Positions 1 through 12,381 of a stretch of DNA of 64,000 nt are shown here, one piece after another. A program made the position numbers and the translations under genes. The notes under the pieces were generated by a model. It was given only the letters and a program-made list of their open reading frames with translations. It ran no database searches and was not told where the DNA came from. This stretch comes from an uncultured Holophaga sp. GTDB lineage: Bacteria; Acidobacteriota; Holophagae; Holophagales; Holophagaceae. How positions within the stretch are numbered: the stretch's first letter is position 1; each line of letters begins with the position of its first letter. The stretch lies in assembly GCA_963664825.1 (NCBI GenBank), contig OY761614.1, positions 32,001-96,000 on the forward strand, given 5' to 3'.

Positions 1-255
1 GCCTCTCTCCAGAGCAGCTCAGGCACCGGGTCCCTTGAGCAGCAGCTGAAAACCCTGGAGAAGGAACTCAAGACAGCCGAACAAAGCAAGTCGGACGAAA
101 AGACCAAGGCCCAGAAGGTCCAGGAGCTGAAGGCCCAGATCCAGAGGGTCCAGGCTCAGATCCAGCAGAAGGAAGCCCAGTCGGCCCAGAGCCAGACAAC
201 GGCCTCCGCCACCCCGTCATCGGCCAGCAAGGATCTTTTTAATTCACTGGCCTGA
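1..255 (+). CDS. Partial (5'-truncated) Gln/Lys-rich coiled-coil protein, FlxA-like
   Basis: Frame 1 open from base 1 to TGA 253-255: ...SLEQQLKTLEKELKTAEQSKSDEKTKAQKVQELKAQIQRVQAQIQQKEAQ...; pattern resembles the FlxA-like family. Confidence 0.6.
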   Translation, partial: ASLQSSSGTGSLEQQLKTLEKELKTAEQSKSDEKTKAQKVQELKAQIQRVQAQIQQKEAQSAQSQTTASATPSSASKDLFNSLA

Positions 256-342
256 AGGGTCTCCGGGCAGGCCATAGGTTTCCCATGCCCTTCCCGGAAC
301 CCAGGGAGCTTCCGCCTCATTTATCTTGGGACGGAAGCCCCC

Positions 343-684
343 ATGCTGATTCTGCTCGATCTCCTCCCCCAGACCCCTGCGGCCCTCTACGGGCCGCCGG
401 CCCCGGTATTGAAGGGCATGAAGGCCCGCTCCCCCTCCTTTTCCCTGGAGAGAGCCACCCATGCCGCCCTGCGGGAGATGCCCGGCGCGGTGGTGGTGGT
501 GGAAGAGGATGGGCCCGCCTTCCTGGCCAAGCTGCCCCCCACCCTGCGGCTCTTCAGCGGCGGCCTCCGTCTCTTCTCTGGAGTCGGCACCTCCCCCATG
601 CCCGTCTGGATGGACCCCAATGTCACCATGTCCGGCGGCAATGTGGTGAGCCGCGTCTATTCCTTCGGAGGGGGTGGCTTCTAG
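343..684 (+). CDS. Hypothetical protein (113 aa)
   Basis: ORF with GC3-rich codon usage, convergent with the next gene. Confidence 0.6.
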   Translation: MLILLDLLPQTPAALYGPPAPVLKGMKARSPSFSLERATHAALREMPGAVVVVEEDGPAFLAKLPPTLRLFSGGLRLFSGVGTSPMPVWMDPNVTMSGGNVVSRVYSFGGGGF

Positions 685-1019
685 AGAAGCCTCGGCAAGA
701 GCCGCGCCGCCTGATCCCGAGCCAGTTTGGCGGCCTCGATGGCGTGTTCCATGGCATGGGAGGCGTCCTGCTGGGGCGTGAGCAGCGCGAGGCACTGATC
801 CCGCAGGCGCAACAATTCGCCCTGGGGGTCGACCAGATGGCGCGTGGCGGCCTCTTCGAATATCTGAAGGAAGCACTTCACCGAATCGCAGGCGGCACTG
901 ATGGCCGCAGGCGCACTGCGCTGATCGGCCTGGAGCGCGAGGGCCGCGGCCAGGAAGCGCAGCCCATCCTCGAAGCGGCCCTGGTGCGGTCCGCTGGGCC
1001 CAGCGGAATCAGGATTCAT
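681..1019 (-). CDS. Hypothetical helical protein, translationally coupled to purF
   Basis: ATG at 1019 overlaps the purF TGA (ATGA); Ala/Leu-rich helical sequence. Confidence 0.65.
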   Translation of the reverse strand: MNPDSAGPSGPHQGRFEDGLRFLAAALALQADQRSAPAAISAACDSVKCFLQIFEEAATRHLVDPQGELLRLRDQCLALLTPQQDASHAMEHAIEAAKLARDQAARLLPRLL

Positions 1020-2386
1020 CCCTTGCACTTCGCGGGACAGAGGGGGTACTGCCCCGTGAAACAGGCGTAGCAGAAGCCCTTGCCCCCGGGGTCGGTCATG
1101 GCGAGCTGGAGATCCTCCACGGTGAGATAGCCCAGGCTATCGGCGCCTACGAATTCACCGATCTCCAGTATGTTCTTCCGGGCCGCGATGAGCTGTTCCC
1201 GGTCGGGGGTATCGATGCCATAGAAGCAGGAGTGGGTGGTGGGAGGGCTCGAGATGCGCATATGGACCTCGGAGGCCCCGGCCTGGCGGACCATCTGGAC
1301 GATCTTGCGCGAGGTGGTGCCCCGCACGATGCTGTCGTCCACGAGCACCACCCGCTTGCCCCGCAGCAGTTCCCGGCAGGGATTGAGCTTCACCTTCACG
1401 CCGAAGGAGCGGATGGACTGTTTGGGTTCGATGAAGGTACGCCCCACGTAGTGGTTGCGGACCAGACCGAAATCGAAGGGAATGCCGCTCGTTTCGGCAT
1501 AGCCCAGAGCCGCATGGACGCCACTATCGGGCACGGGCACCACCAGATCGGCTTCCACGGGATGCCTCCGGGCCAGGGCGCGCCCCATCTCGCGGCGGGT
1601 GGCCATGACGCTGCGGCTGAAGAGGAAGGAATCCGGCCGCGCGAAGTAGACGTGTTCGAAGACGCAAGGACGGGGTTCCTCCTTGGCCAGCATGAAGCGA
1701 GAGCGCAACCCCTTCGCATCGATCACGATCATCTCGCCGGGGAGGACCTCCCGCTGGTACTCCGCATTCACCAGATCGAAGGCCGTGGTCTCGCTGGAGA
1801 GGAACCAGGAATCATCGAGACGGCCCAGGGCGAGGGGCCGAAATCCCCTGGAATCCCGGGCGGCAATGAGGAGATCCTCCGAAAGGATCAGGAGGGAAAA
1901 GGCCCCCTCGGCCTGCTGAAGGGCCTCCACCACGGCATCTTCGAGGGTGGAAGCCTTGGCGCGATTGATGAGGGCCAGGAGCACTTCGGAATCCGAGGGG
2001 CTGGTAAAGACCTGCCCTTCGGCGATGAGCCGGGCCCGGATGGCTTCCGTATTGATGAGGTTCCCGTTATGACAAAGGGCCACCTGGCCGAAGCGCCCCC
2101 GCACCAGGAAGGGATGGGCCGCGCTGGCCACATTGCCCCCGGTGGTGGAATAGCGCGTGTGGCCGATGGCCGTATCGCCCTTGAGCTGGTCCAGCACCGA
2201 TTCGGTGAAGACATCGGCCACATAGCCCTGGGCCTTGTGGAGGATCAGTTCGCGGCCAGCACGGCTGCAGATTCCGGCGGCTTCCTGGCCGCGATGTTGC
2301 AGAGCGTACAGACCCAGGTAGGTCTGACGACTGGCTTCCGGCTGCTGAAAGACCCCGAAGACCCCGCACTCGTCCTTGAACGGCAT
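1016..2386 (-). CDS. purF: Amidophosphoribosyltransferase
   Basis: MPFKDE-CGVFG (Ntn Cys), LQHRGQE, GHTRYST, HNGNL, PRPP motif VLVDDSIVRGTTS, C-terminal CYACFTG; start trimmed to ATG 2386. Confidence 0.97.
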   Translation of the reverse strand: MPFKDECGVFGVFQQPEASRQTYLGLYALQHRGQEAAGICSRAGRELILHKAQGYVADVFTESVLDQLKGDTAIGHTRYSTTGGNVASAAHPFLVRGRFGQVALCHNGNLINTEAIRARLIAEGQVFTSPSDSEVLLALINRAKASTLEDAVVEALQQAEGAFSLLILSEDLLIAARDSRGFRPLALGRLDDSWFLSSETTAFDLVNAEYQREVLPGEMIVIDAKGLRSRFMLAKEEPRPCVFEHVYFARPDSFLFSRSVMATRREMGRALARRHPVEADLVVPVPDSGVHAALGYAETSGIPFDFGLVRNHYVGRTFIEPKQSIRSFGVKVKLNPCRELLRGKRVVLVDDSIVRGTTSRKIVQMVRQAGASEVHMRISSPPTTHSCFYGIDTPDREQLIAARKNILEIGEFVGADSLGYLTVEDLQLAMTDPGGKGFCYACFTGQYPLCPAKCKG

Positions 2387-2403
2387 CGGAACTCCAAAAA
2401 CCC

Positions 2404-2409
2404 AGTGTA
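2404..2409 (-). promoter_or_regulatory. Putative -10 element (TACACT) for purF
   Basis: The same TACACTGG 8-mer also lies upstream of the 2472..3098 gene (3166-3171, -), the esterase (18158-18163, +) and rbfA (30566-30571, -). Confidence 0.5.
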
Positions 2410-2471
2410 AACCGCCCCGAGCGCCCACCCTAGCCCTGATCTCGGAGGCGAAGGCGATTCCCGCGCAGGGC

Positions 2472-3098
2472 CTACTCCACCACCTGAACCCCACCCTCCT
2501 CGGGCACCCTTGCGGGAGCCAGAGCCAGATGGCGCAGGGTGCGCAGGAGCAGGGTGCCATCTTCCGCGGGAGCTGCACCCGCCTCCAGATGGAAACTCTC
2601 CAGCTGGATTTCCAGGGTCGCCACATCGCCCCCGGGGAAGCTGCCGCTGAAATAGCTGAGGGCCAAGAGCCCCGGCGCGACTTCCAGCAGGTAGGCATAG
2701 GCTTGGACATTGGCGGGAATCTGCGCGGCCCAGACCCGACAGTTTTTTTCGCCGAAACGCACCACCAGGTCCCGGGGAATGGTCTCCGCCGTGGGGCCCG
2801 AGAAGTAGAGCATCCGCTCCACCCGGGCCAGCACCATAGCCTGGGAGAAGGCGGCATCCTTCGGCTGCTGGGCCTCCAGGCGCCAGGCCTCCATGCGGGA
2901 TTTCTTCACCCGGTTGGCCGTGGCCGCCACATGCGTGGGAATCAGCGTGAAGCGAGTCTCCATGGGCTGGGATTCCCCCTGCATCCGCAGCTTCACCCGG
3001 TAGACCAGGGCACCCGTGCCCCGCGGGGGGGCCGTGGCCAGAAGCACGGCGGGCAAGGCAAACAGGCACAGGAGACGCAGGAGACGCAGACGGGACAT
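2472..3098 (-). CDS. Hypothetical exported protein
   Basis: MSRLRLLRLLCLFALPAVLLATA signal-peptide-like N-terminus; start trimmed from the longer ORF that overlaps the HAD gene. Confidence 0.7.
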   Translation of the reverse strand: MSRLRLLRLLCLFALPAVLLATAPPRGTGALVYRVKLRMQGESQPMETRFTLIPTHVAATANRVKKSRMEAWRLEAQQPKDAAFSQAMVLARVERMLYFSGPTAETIPRDLVVRFGEKNCRVWAAQIPANVQAYAYLLEVAPGLLALSYFSGSFPGGDVATLEIQLESFHLEAGAAPAEDGTLLLRTLRHLALAPARVPEEGGVQVVE

Positions 3099-3200
3099 AG
3101 AAATCCACTCACAACCGGGGGTCTCGGAGTAGTCGCACGGGAGATCTAGCACCGGGTCAGGATCCAGTGTACTGGCCAGCATCCGGGATAAGATCACGAT

Positions 3201-3863
3201 ATGCCCCTCTGCTTCGATCTCGACGGCACCCTCGGCAGCTTCGGCGGCGGCTACCTCCTGCTGCGCCAGGCCCTGGGCGAATTGTGGGGAGGAGAGCCCA
3301 GCGCCGAGCAGCTCCAGGCCTGCAAGGGTTCCACGGACTGGGAGATCGTCGACGAACTGCACCGCGAGCGCTTCGGGAGTCCCCTGGATCTCCAAGGCTA
3401 CGAGGCCTACGATCGCGCCTGCCTGGCCCGCTTCGAGGCCACCTTCCACCCCAAGGGCCGCAGTCCCATCGTGCACCAGGGCATCGTGACGGGCATGACC
3501 CATCTGGTGGATGCGGGGCATTGCGTCTGGCTGGTTTCAGGCAATACCCCGCGTGTGCTGGATTTCAAGGCCCGGATGCTGGGCGTGGATATCCGGGTGC
3601 CGCGCCTGGGCAGCCTGCCCCACCTGGACCGGGTGGGCCTCATCCTCAGGGCCCTGGAGGGCTGCAGAGGCCCCCATCTCTACGTGGGAGACCGCCCCCA
3701 TGACCGGGATGCCGCGACCCAGGCAGGTGTGCCCTTCCTGGCCGTGGGCGAAGCCGTCCCGGGGCCACACCCCATCCTCGGCGCGGAAGCGGAGGCTGGC
3801 GCCCTGGTGGGGGCCGTGGAGCGCCTGCTGGGCCCCTGGGTCCCCAGGGAAGATCCGAGCTGA
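3201..3863 (+). CDS. HAD-family hydrolase/phosphatase
   Basis: Motif I FDLDGT, motif II VSGN, motif IV YVGDRPHD. Confidence 0.9.
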   Translation: MPLCFDLDGTLGSFGGGYLLLRQALGELWGGEPSAEQLQACKGSTDWEIVDELHRERFGSPLDLQGYEAYDRACLARFEATFHPKGRSPIVHQGIVTGMTHLVDAGHCVWLVSGNTPRVLDFKARMLGVDIRVPRLGSLPHLDRVGLILRALEGCRGPHLYVGDRPHDRDAATQAGVPFLAVGEAVPGPHPILGAEAEAGALVGAVERLLGPWVPREDPS

Positions 3864-3867
3864 AAAG

Positions 3868-3900
3868 AGAACGGCTGGAGCATCCCACCCCAGCCGTTCT
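3868..3900. terminator. Hairpin between convergent genes, probable bidirectional terminator
   Basis: AGAACGGCTGG...CCAGCCGTTCT 11-bp inverted repeat. Confidence 0.65.
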
Positions 3901-3918
3901 TCCTATTTAGGCAAGCCC

Positions 3919-5964
3919 TCAGGCCTGACCACCCATCTGCTTTTTCAGATCCTCCCGGAGCTTCTCGGCCATGGGATCCCGAGGGGTCACAGGCGCGATG
4001 CCGGCCATGTCTGACACCTTCTGGCTGAGCAGGAGGCCCAACAGGTTCTCGATCACACTGCCTCCGCCCTGTTGGCCGCCGGCCATGTTGATCTTGGGCA
4101 CCACATCCACCTGGGATTTCTCGATGGCTTCGGCGAAGCGGTTCATGACCTGCTGCACCAACTGGAACTGCGGTCCGCCGTAGGCGCGCACCTGTTCCTC
4201 GATGGCCAAAGCCTGGGCCACGCCGACCCGGGCGGCCTGTTCGGCCTGGGCCTCGGCCATGACTTTGATGCGCTTGGCCTCGCCCTCACCCATGAGGCGC
4301 ACCTTCTCGGCCTCGGCGCCTGCGAGGGTCTGGATCTGGGCGGCCAGCTGCTGGGCCTTGGCGTATTCGGCCTTGCCCTGGTTGCTCTGCACCTCGATGC
4401 CGATGGAGGATTCCGTGAGGAGGGTCTGCTGCTTGGCCTTGGCTTCAGCCTCCCGCAGTTCCCGCTCCTTCACCGCCGCATTCTCTTGGCGCTCGTAGGT
4501 CTCCACCTGCTCGTTGGCGATCTGGCGGCTGCGGAGCTGGATGAGGATCTGCTCGATCTGCCCGCCGGGAGCGCCGCTGGTGGGCGTGCCGATGAGGACC
4601 TCCTGCAGCTCCAGGTTGTAGAGGACGAACTTCTCCTTCATCTCCTGGCTGCTCTGGGACTGGATATTGCTCCGATCCTGGATGAGCTGGATGAGCGTGC
4701 GTGTCTGGCCGATGTTCTTGAAATACGCCGAAACCATCGGATCGAGTGTCTGCTCCACGAGCTTTTTCACATCCCCGAAGCGCTGGATCACCAGGGGCGC
4801 CTTGCGGTAATCGATGTGGACAACCACTGACAAGGGCAGGCTGGGCTCGAAGGCGTCCTTGGTGATGAGGCTCACTTCCGTGAGGTTCTCGTCGAACTTG
4901 TGGCTGCCCACTTCGCCCTTGGTCCACTTGAGGATGAAGTTGGTGGTGGGCACGATGGCCACCTTGCCAGCGTAGGTGTTGAAGGCGTATTTCCCCGGCA
5001 GCAGGGGATCGCTCCACACGCCCCGCTGGCCCTGGGCCACCAGTTCGCCGTGGCGGTAGTCCAGCCCGCTGATATCGGCGCCCTTGTCGCCGGTGTAGCT
5101 CACCACCACGCCCACCGTGCCCACTTCGACCACCGTCTTGGGGATCAGTTCCACGGTCGCGAAGAGGCGATTGACGTAGTAGGTGCCCTCCACCAGCACC
5201 TGGTACTGGCGGCCCCGCAGGCCCCCGGCCCGCAGGAACTTATCGGAATCCTGGAAATTGTTGTGGTAGGTCTCGGGGTTGGCCAGGTCCTCCCCCACGG
5301 TGGGGGCGATGATTTCGCCGCTATGGAGGCTCGGCCCATCGTGGACCGTCACGATGCCCACCATATCGTCGGCACCGCGGATGATGATGGGCCGGAAGCC
5401 CCCGCGCTCGGCGATGATGGCGCTCATCTTCTGGAAGGTCTCCAGCTCGCTGCGGTCCAGGGGCAGGTAGTAGGTCTGGTCCTCGGTGAGGATGACGAAC
5501 TGGGCGATATTGATGGCGTAGGTGCCTTCCCGCAGGATCATGCGCTGGGGCCCCTTCTGGCCGCCAGTAGAGAGGAAGGCGCGCACATCCTGGAAGTTAT
5601 TGGCCTTCACGTTGCTCGCCAAGGCCTGCGTGGGCGGGAGGTCCTGACCATCCCGAGAGAACACGTAGCCGATCTTGCCCTGGGGGATCGTCACCAGGGG
5701 CATCTTGTGGATGCGGTACATGAAGGGCACGAAGAGATGCCAGCCGCCACGGAGCACTTCGGGCTGGAAACCGGCCTCGCCATTGAGGGCGATGAGGCCA
5801 TTTGCCACGGAGCCCCGACGGCTGACGAGCTTCTCCACGATGCCCACCCGGGTATTGGGGATGTAGCGGAAGGTCTTGGTGAGCAGGATCAGCAGGACGA
5901 TGCCCAGCACCATCCAACCTAGAACGACCAGGGCCGAGATGCCCTGAGCCTCAGGGATGTTCAT
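3919..5964 (-). CDS. SPFH/flotillin-domain membrane protein
   Basis: N-terminal TM helix, band-7-like region (EVSLITKDAFEPSLPLSVVVHID), Ala/Glu-rich coiled-coil C-terminus; AAAGGAG SD upstream. Confidence 0.88.
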   Translation of the reverse strand: MNIPEAQGISALVVLGWMVLGIVLLILLTKTFRYIPNTRVGIVEKLVSRRGSVANGLIALNGEAGFQPEVLRGGWHLFVPFMYRIHKMPLVTIPQGKIGYVFSRDGQDLPPTQALASNVKANNFQDVRAFLSTGGQKGPQRMILREGTYAINIAQFVILTEDQTYYLPLDRSELETFQKMSAIIAERGGFRPIIIRGADDMVGIVTVHDGPSLHSGEIIAPTVGEDLANPETYHNNFQDSDKFLRAGGLRGRQYQVLVEGTYYVNRLFATVELIPKTVVEVGTVGVVVSYTGDKGADISGLDYRHGELVAQGQRGVWSDPLLPGKYAFNTYAGKVAIVPTTNFILKWTKGEVGSHKFDENLTEVSLITKDAFEPSLPLSVVVHIDYRKAPLVIQRFGDVKKLVEQTLDPMVSAYFKNIGQTRTLIQLIQDRSNIQSQSSQEMKEKFVLYNLELQEVLIGTPTSGAPGGQIEQILIQLRSRQIANEQVETYERQENAAVKERELREAEAKAKQQTLLTESSIGIEVQSNQGKAEYAKAQQLAAQIQTLAGAEAEKVRLMGEGEAKRIKVMAEAQAEQAARVGVAQALAIEEQVRAYGGPQFQLVQQVMNRFAEAIEKSQVDVVPKINMAGGQQGGGSVIENLLGLLLSQKVSDMAGIAPVTPRDPMAEKLREDLKKQMGGQA

Positions 5965-6169
5965 AAGAATCTCCTTTCGAGGGACGGAGCCATTCTACGT
6001 CCAACCCCAAGGCCACCCGACGAGCCAGGGCACGGAAAGGCTCATCCGGCACTCCAAGGAGGGCTGAGGCCAGATTCCACCGCTGATCCGTGAAGCGGGA
6101 CAAACCTCACCTTGCGATGCCTATCCCTCCTGCGAGACACTCATGGCACGTTCTTTCCCAGGAGTTGCC

Positions 6170-9100
<2,931 letters not shown>

Positions 9101-9103
9101 TGC

Positions 9104-9140
9104 AAAAAGGCCCTTCCCATGTTCGCGAAGGGCCTTCTTG
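9104..9140. terminator. Probable bidirectional intrinsic terminator
   Basis: AAAAAGGCCCTTC...GAAGGGCCTTCTT between the convergent M16 peptidase and asd genes. Confidence 0.75.
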
Positions 9141-9146
9141 TATCTA

Positions 9147-10199
9147 TCAAAGCAGCCCCATGGCCTGGGCCAGTTCAGCGTTCAGCACCGATCCCCCCGC
9201 GGCGCCCCGTTCGGTATTGTGGCCCAGCAGGGTGAATTTGATCCCCAGCACGGGACATCTCCGGATGCGCCCCACATGGACGCTCATGCCGCCATCCTGC
9301 TCCACGTCCCGGCGCACCTGGGGCCTGTTTTCGGCCTCGTGCAGGCGGATGGGCACGGAAGGCGCGCTGGGCAGTGCCAGACGCTGGGGCTCGGGTCGCC
9401 AATGACTGAGCGCCTCGCGCACCTGTTCGGGGCTGGGGTCCCCCTTCAGGCGCACGCTCACGGCCTCCGTATGGCCGTCCAACACGGGCACACGATGGCA
9501 GAGGGCCGAGATGGCCAGAGGCGCGTCTTCCACGCGATCCCCCTGGAAGCGCCCCAGCAGCTTGGCCGTCTCCACTTCAACCTTGGACTCCTCGCCCGGG
9601 ATGAAGGGGATCACGTTGCCCAGCAGATCGAGGCTGGAGACCCCGGGATAGCCCGCGCCGCTGGCGGCCTGCATGGAGGTCATGAGCACGGCCTCCACGC
9701 CGAAGGCCACTTGCAGGGGGGCCAGCGCCATCACCAACACCGTGGTGGTGCAATTGGGATTGGTGAGGATGGCCCCGGGCCAATGGCGCCGGGCGCGTTG
9801 GCCCTTGAGCAGCCCCAGATGTTCAGGGTTCACCTCTGGCACCAGCAGCGGAACGTCCTCCTCCATGCGGAAGCTCGAGGCGTTGCTGAAGACCAGGCCT
9901 CCGGCCCGAGCATAGGCGGGTTCCAGTTCCTGGGCCACGTCGGCCTCCAGGGCGCTGAACACCACAGGCGCGAGGGCCCGTTCGGGGGAAGCCTCCACCA
10001 GCACCCGATCCCCCAGCCCCCCATAGGGTTCTCCCTCCAGACGCCATTCGCAGGCCTCCGCATAGCGCTTGCCCGCACTGCGCCCGCTGGCGGCGAGGTG
10101 GGCGATCTCGAACCAGGGATGGGCCGCCAGCCTGCGCACGAAGCGCTGCCCCACCACCCCCGTAGCGCCCAGCACCGTCACTGGAATTTTTTCTGACAT
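9147..10199 (-). CDS. asd: Aspartate-semialdehyde dehydrogenase (archaeal/fungal-type)
   Basis: VLGATGVVGQRF, SNASSFRMEEDVPLLVPEVN, catalytic NPNCTT, QAASGAG, HNTERGAAGG. Confidence 0.95.
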   Translation of the reverse strand: MSEKIPVTVLGATGVVGQRFVRRLAAHPWFEIAHLAASGRSAGKRYAEACEWRLEGEPYGGLGDRVLVEASPERALAPVVFSALEADVAQELEPAYARAGGLVFSNASSFRMEEDVPLLVPEVNPEHLGLLKGQRARRHWPGAILTNPNCTTTVLVMALAPLQVAFGVEAVLMTSMQAASGAGYPGVSSLDLLGNVIPFIPGEESKVEVETAKLLGRFQGDRVEDAPLAISALCHRVPVLDGHTEAVSVRLKGDPSPEQVREALSHWRPEPQRLALPSAPSVPIRLHEAENRPQVRRDVEQDGGMSVHVGRIRRCPVLGIKFTLLGHNTERGAAGGSVLNAELAQAMGLL

Positions 10200-10212
10200 G
10201 TTTTCCCCTTTT

Positions 10213-10240
10213 TCTCCGTGCCCCCGGTACTTCCGTGATG
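10213..10240 (-). repeat. Degenerate single arm of the CACGGAG-periodic repeat family
   Basis: Minus strand CATCACGGAAGTACCGGGGGCACGGAGA resembles the arms at 32597 and 47018. Confidence 0.45.
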
Positions 10241-10249
10241 GGTTTTCCT

Positions 10250-11020
10250 TTACCCGCAGAGCACGGTCCCGCCATTCACGTTCAGGATCTCGCCGTGCAC
10301 CGCCACGGCCCATTCGCTGAGCAGGAAGGCGATGGGGCCCGCGATATCGTCGGCCACGGGAATGTGGCCCAGGGGGAAGAGGCCTTCCACCCTTTCCCGC
10401 TGGGCGAGATCCTCCCGCAGGGCAGCCGCCGAAAGGTCCGTGTCCACCCATCCGGGGGCCACGCAGTTCACCCGGATATGGGCAGGTCCCAGCTCCGTGG
10501 CAAGAGTCTTCGTCAGGGAGATCACGGCCCCCTTGCTGGCGGCGTAGGCCCCAAAGCCCGCCTCCCCCCGCTGGCCGGCGGTGCTGGAGATGAGCACGAG
10601 GCTGCCGCCCCCGGCCCGTTTGAGGGCCGGCACCACTTCCGCGTTCCACCGGAAGAGGCCCGTGAGATTGGTCTCCAGCACAGACTCCAGATTGGCCTCG
10701 TCCTTCAGCTCCGCAGGGGTGGGCAGCCAGACCCCCGCATTGCCCACGAAGGCGTCCAGCCCCCCCCAGGCCTGTTCCAGGCTGCGCACCACGCTCCGGG
10801 CGTCCTCCCGGGAGCGCTGATTGGCGGGAAAGGCCAGCACCTGGTGGCCGTCGGCGGCCAGGGATCTCACCAGCGCGTCGGCGGCATCCTTGCGGATCTG
10901 GTAGGTGAAGGCCACCCGCGCCCCCAGGCGGGCCAAGAGGCGCACGGTGGCTTGTCCGATGCCCCGACTGCCCCCGGTGATGAGGATGCGCTTGCCGGAA
11001 AGAGAAGGATTGAAGGTCAT
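10250..11020 (-). CDS. Classical SDR-family NAD(P)-dependent oxidoreductase inside the met operon
   Basis: TGGSRGIG, NAG, SSTAG...YAASK, RVNCVAPGWVDT. Confidence 0.93.
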   Translation of the reverse strand: MTFNPSLSGKRILITGGSRGIGQATVRLLARLGARVAFTYQIRKDAADALVRSLAADGHQVLAFPANQRSREDARSVVRSLEQAWGGLDAFVGNAGVWLPTPAELKDEANLESVLETNLTGLFRWNAEVVPALKRAGGGSLVLISSTAGQRGEAGFGAYAASKGAVISLTKTLATELGPAHIRVNCVAPGWVDTDLSAAALREDLAQRERVEGLFPLGHIPVADDIAGPIAFLLSEWAVAVHGEILNVNGGTVLCG

Positions 11021-11046
11021 GGGTTTCTCCTATCGAAGTGAAAGAG

Positions 11047-12381
11047 TCAGGCGGGAAAGCAGTAGGCGTGCAGACGCGGAATCAGGGAGGAGAGGCGGGT
11101 CTCCGGCACGAGGAAGGCCAGGGAGACCCCCGTATCCCCCGCCAGGATGCCCGCAATCGGTTCTTCCTGGAGGGCTGAAAGGAGCCCCAGGGCACGACCC
11201 GGGGCCTCCCGCAGCCCTTCGCCCACCAGGGCCACCACAGCCCAGCCCCGCTGGATCGCAAAGCCCGCCCCGGAGAGTTTTTCCAGCATCGCCTCCGCGG
11301 CCGCGGTCTCGGGGCGCACCACCAGGAGGCTGCCATCGGGGCTTGAGAGCAGCCCGTAGCGGGAGGCCCCGGCCTCACCGAGCCCCAGGGCCGCCTGGAA
11401 CAGGAGCTCCAGATCCTGGTCCGGCCCCAGGCGGAGGCAGACGAGGCCCTCCTTGTAGGCCACGGATGTGATCTCCCCGGGGCGCCGGGAGGGAGCCTGG
11501 ACGGAAATCACCGTGCGGCTGGCCGTGGGCCGGTGGGTGTTGGCCACCACCAGCCGGAAGGGAGACCTGGCCAGGGGCGCCAGGGAATCCGCGTGCAGCA
11601 CCTTGGCGCCGAAGGCCGAGAGGGCCGCGGCCTCCCGGAGGCTCATCACGGGAATGGGAAGGGCGCCGGGCACCAGGCTGGGATCGGCGCTCAGCACGCC
11701 GTCTACGTCGGTCCAGATCTGCACTTCCTCGGCATCCAGCGCCTCCCCCAAGAGCGTGGCGCTGGTATCGGATCCCCCCCGGCCCAGGGTGGTGGTAGCC
11801 CCATCCGGTGCGGCCCCCAGGAAACCCTGTGTGACCAGGAGGGCGCCAGCCTGGAGTTCCTCCCGCCAAGACCCGCAGGCGGCCCGGATGGCGGTCGTGT
11901 CGGGCTGGGCCCGCCCATGGCGGCCGTCCGTGCGCAGGACCTCCCGGACGTCCCGGTAATGGGCGGGAGCCCCTTCGGAACCCAGGAGGGCCACCAGCAG
12001 ATGGGCCGAGAGGGTCTCCCCCATGGCGAGGGCGCCATCCCGGGCCCGGGGGGAAGCCTCTCCCAGGAGGCCCATGCCTTCGAGCAGGTCGGCCAGCCTT
12101 TCGAAGAGGGGCTCCCAGGGGGTTTGCAAGGATTCCAGGAGCCCCAGTTCCCGGGCCACGGCCCGGTGGCGTCGCCAGAGAACCTCGTGCCGCGCTCGCG
12201 CGCCCTCGGAGTCTCCCTTCGCCGCCAGAGCCACCGCGCCGAGAATGGCGTCCGTGGTGCCGGAAAGGGCGCTCACCACCACCAGGCCGCCAGCGGGCAG
12301 TTCCGCCCGGACGATGGCCGCCGCCCGGACCAGAGCCTCGGGTGTGCCCAGGCTGGTGCCGCCGAATTTCAATACGCGCAT
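11047..12381 (-). CDS. lysC: Aspartate kinase (monofunctional, no fused homoserine dehydrogenase)
   Basis: MRVLKFGGTS, VVSALSG, TTLGRGGSDTSA, IWTDVDGV, C-terminal ACT-like region; 444 aa. Confidence 0.93.
   Translation of the reverse strand: MRVLKFGGTSLGTPEALVRAAAIVRAELPAGGLVVVSALSGTTDAILGAVALAAKGDSEGARARHEVLWRRHRAVARELGLLESLQTPWEPLFERLADLLEGMGLLGEASPRARDGALAMGETLSAHLLVALLGSEGAPAHYRDVREVLRTDGRHGRAQPDTTAIRAACGSWREELQAGALLVTQGFLGAAPDGATTTLGRGGSDTSATLLGEALDAEEVQIWTDVDGVLSADPSLVPGALPIPVMSLREAAALSAFGAKVLHADSLAPLARSPFRLVVANTHRPTASRTVISVQAPSRRPGEITSVAYKEGLVCLRLGPDQDLELLFQAALGLGEAGASRYGLLSSPDGSLLVVRPETAAAEAMLEKLSGAGFAIQRGWAVVALVGEGLREAPGRALGLLSALQEEPIAGILAGDTGVSLAFLVPETRLSSLIPRLHAYCFPA

Noticed and set aside
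9147..10649. Extended N-termini in the ORF track for asd (also purF, metX, ispE, aroC, fur, ribA, esterase)
   Set aside because: Extensions overlap neighbouring genes; conserved family N-termini begin at the downstream ATGs used above
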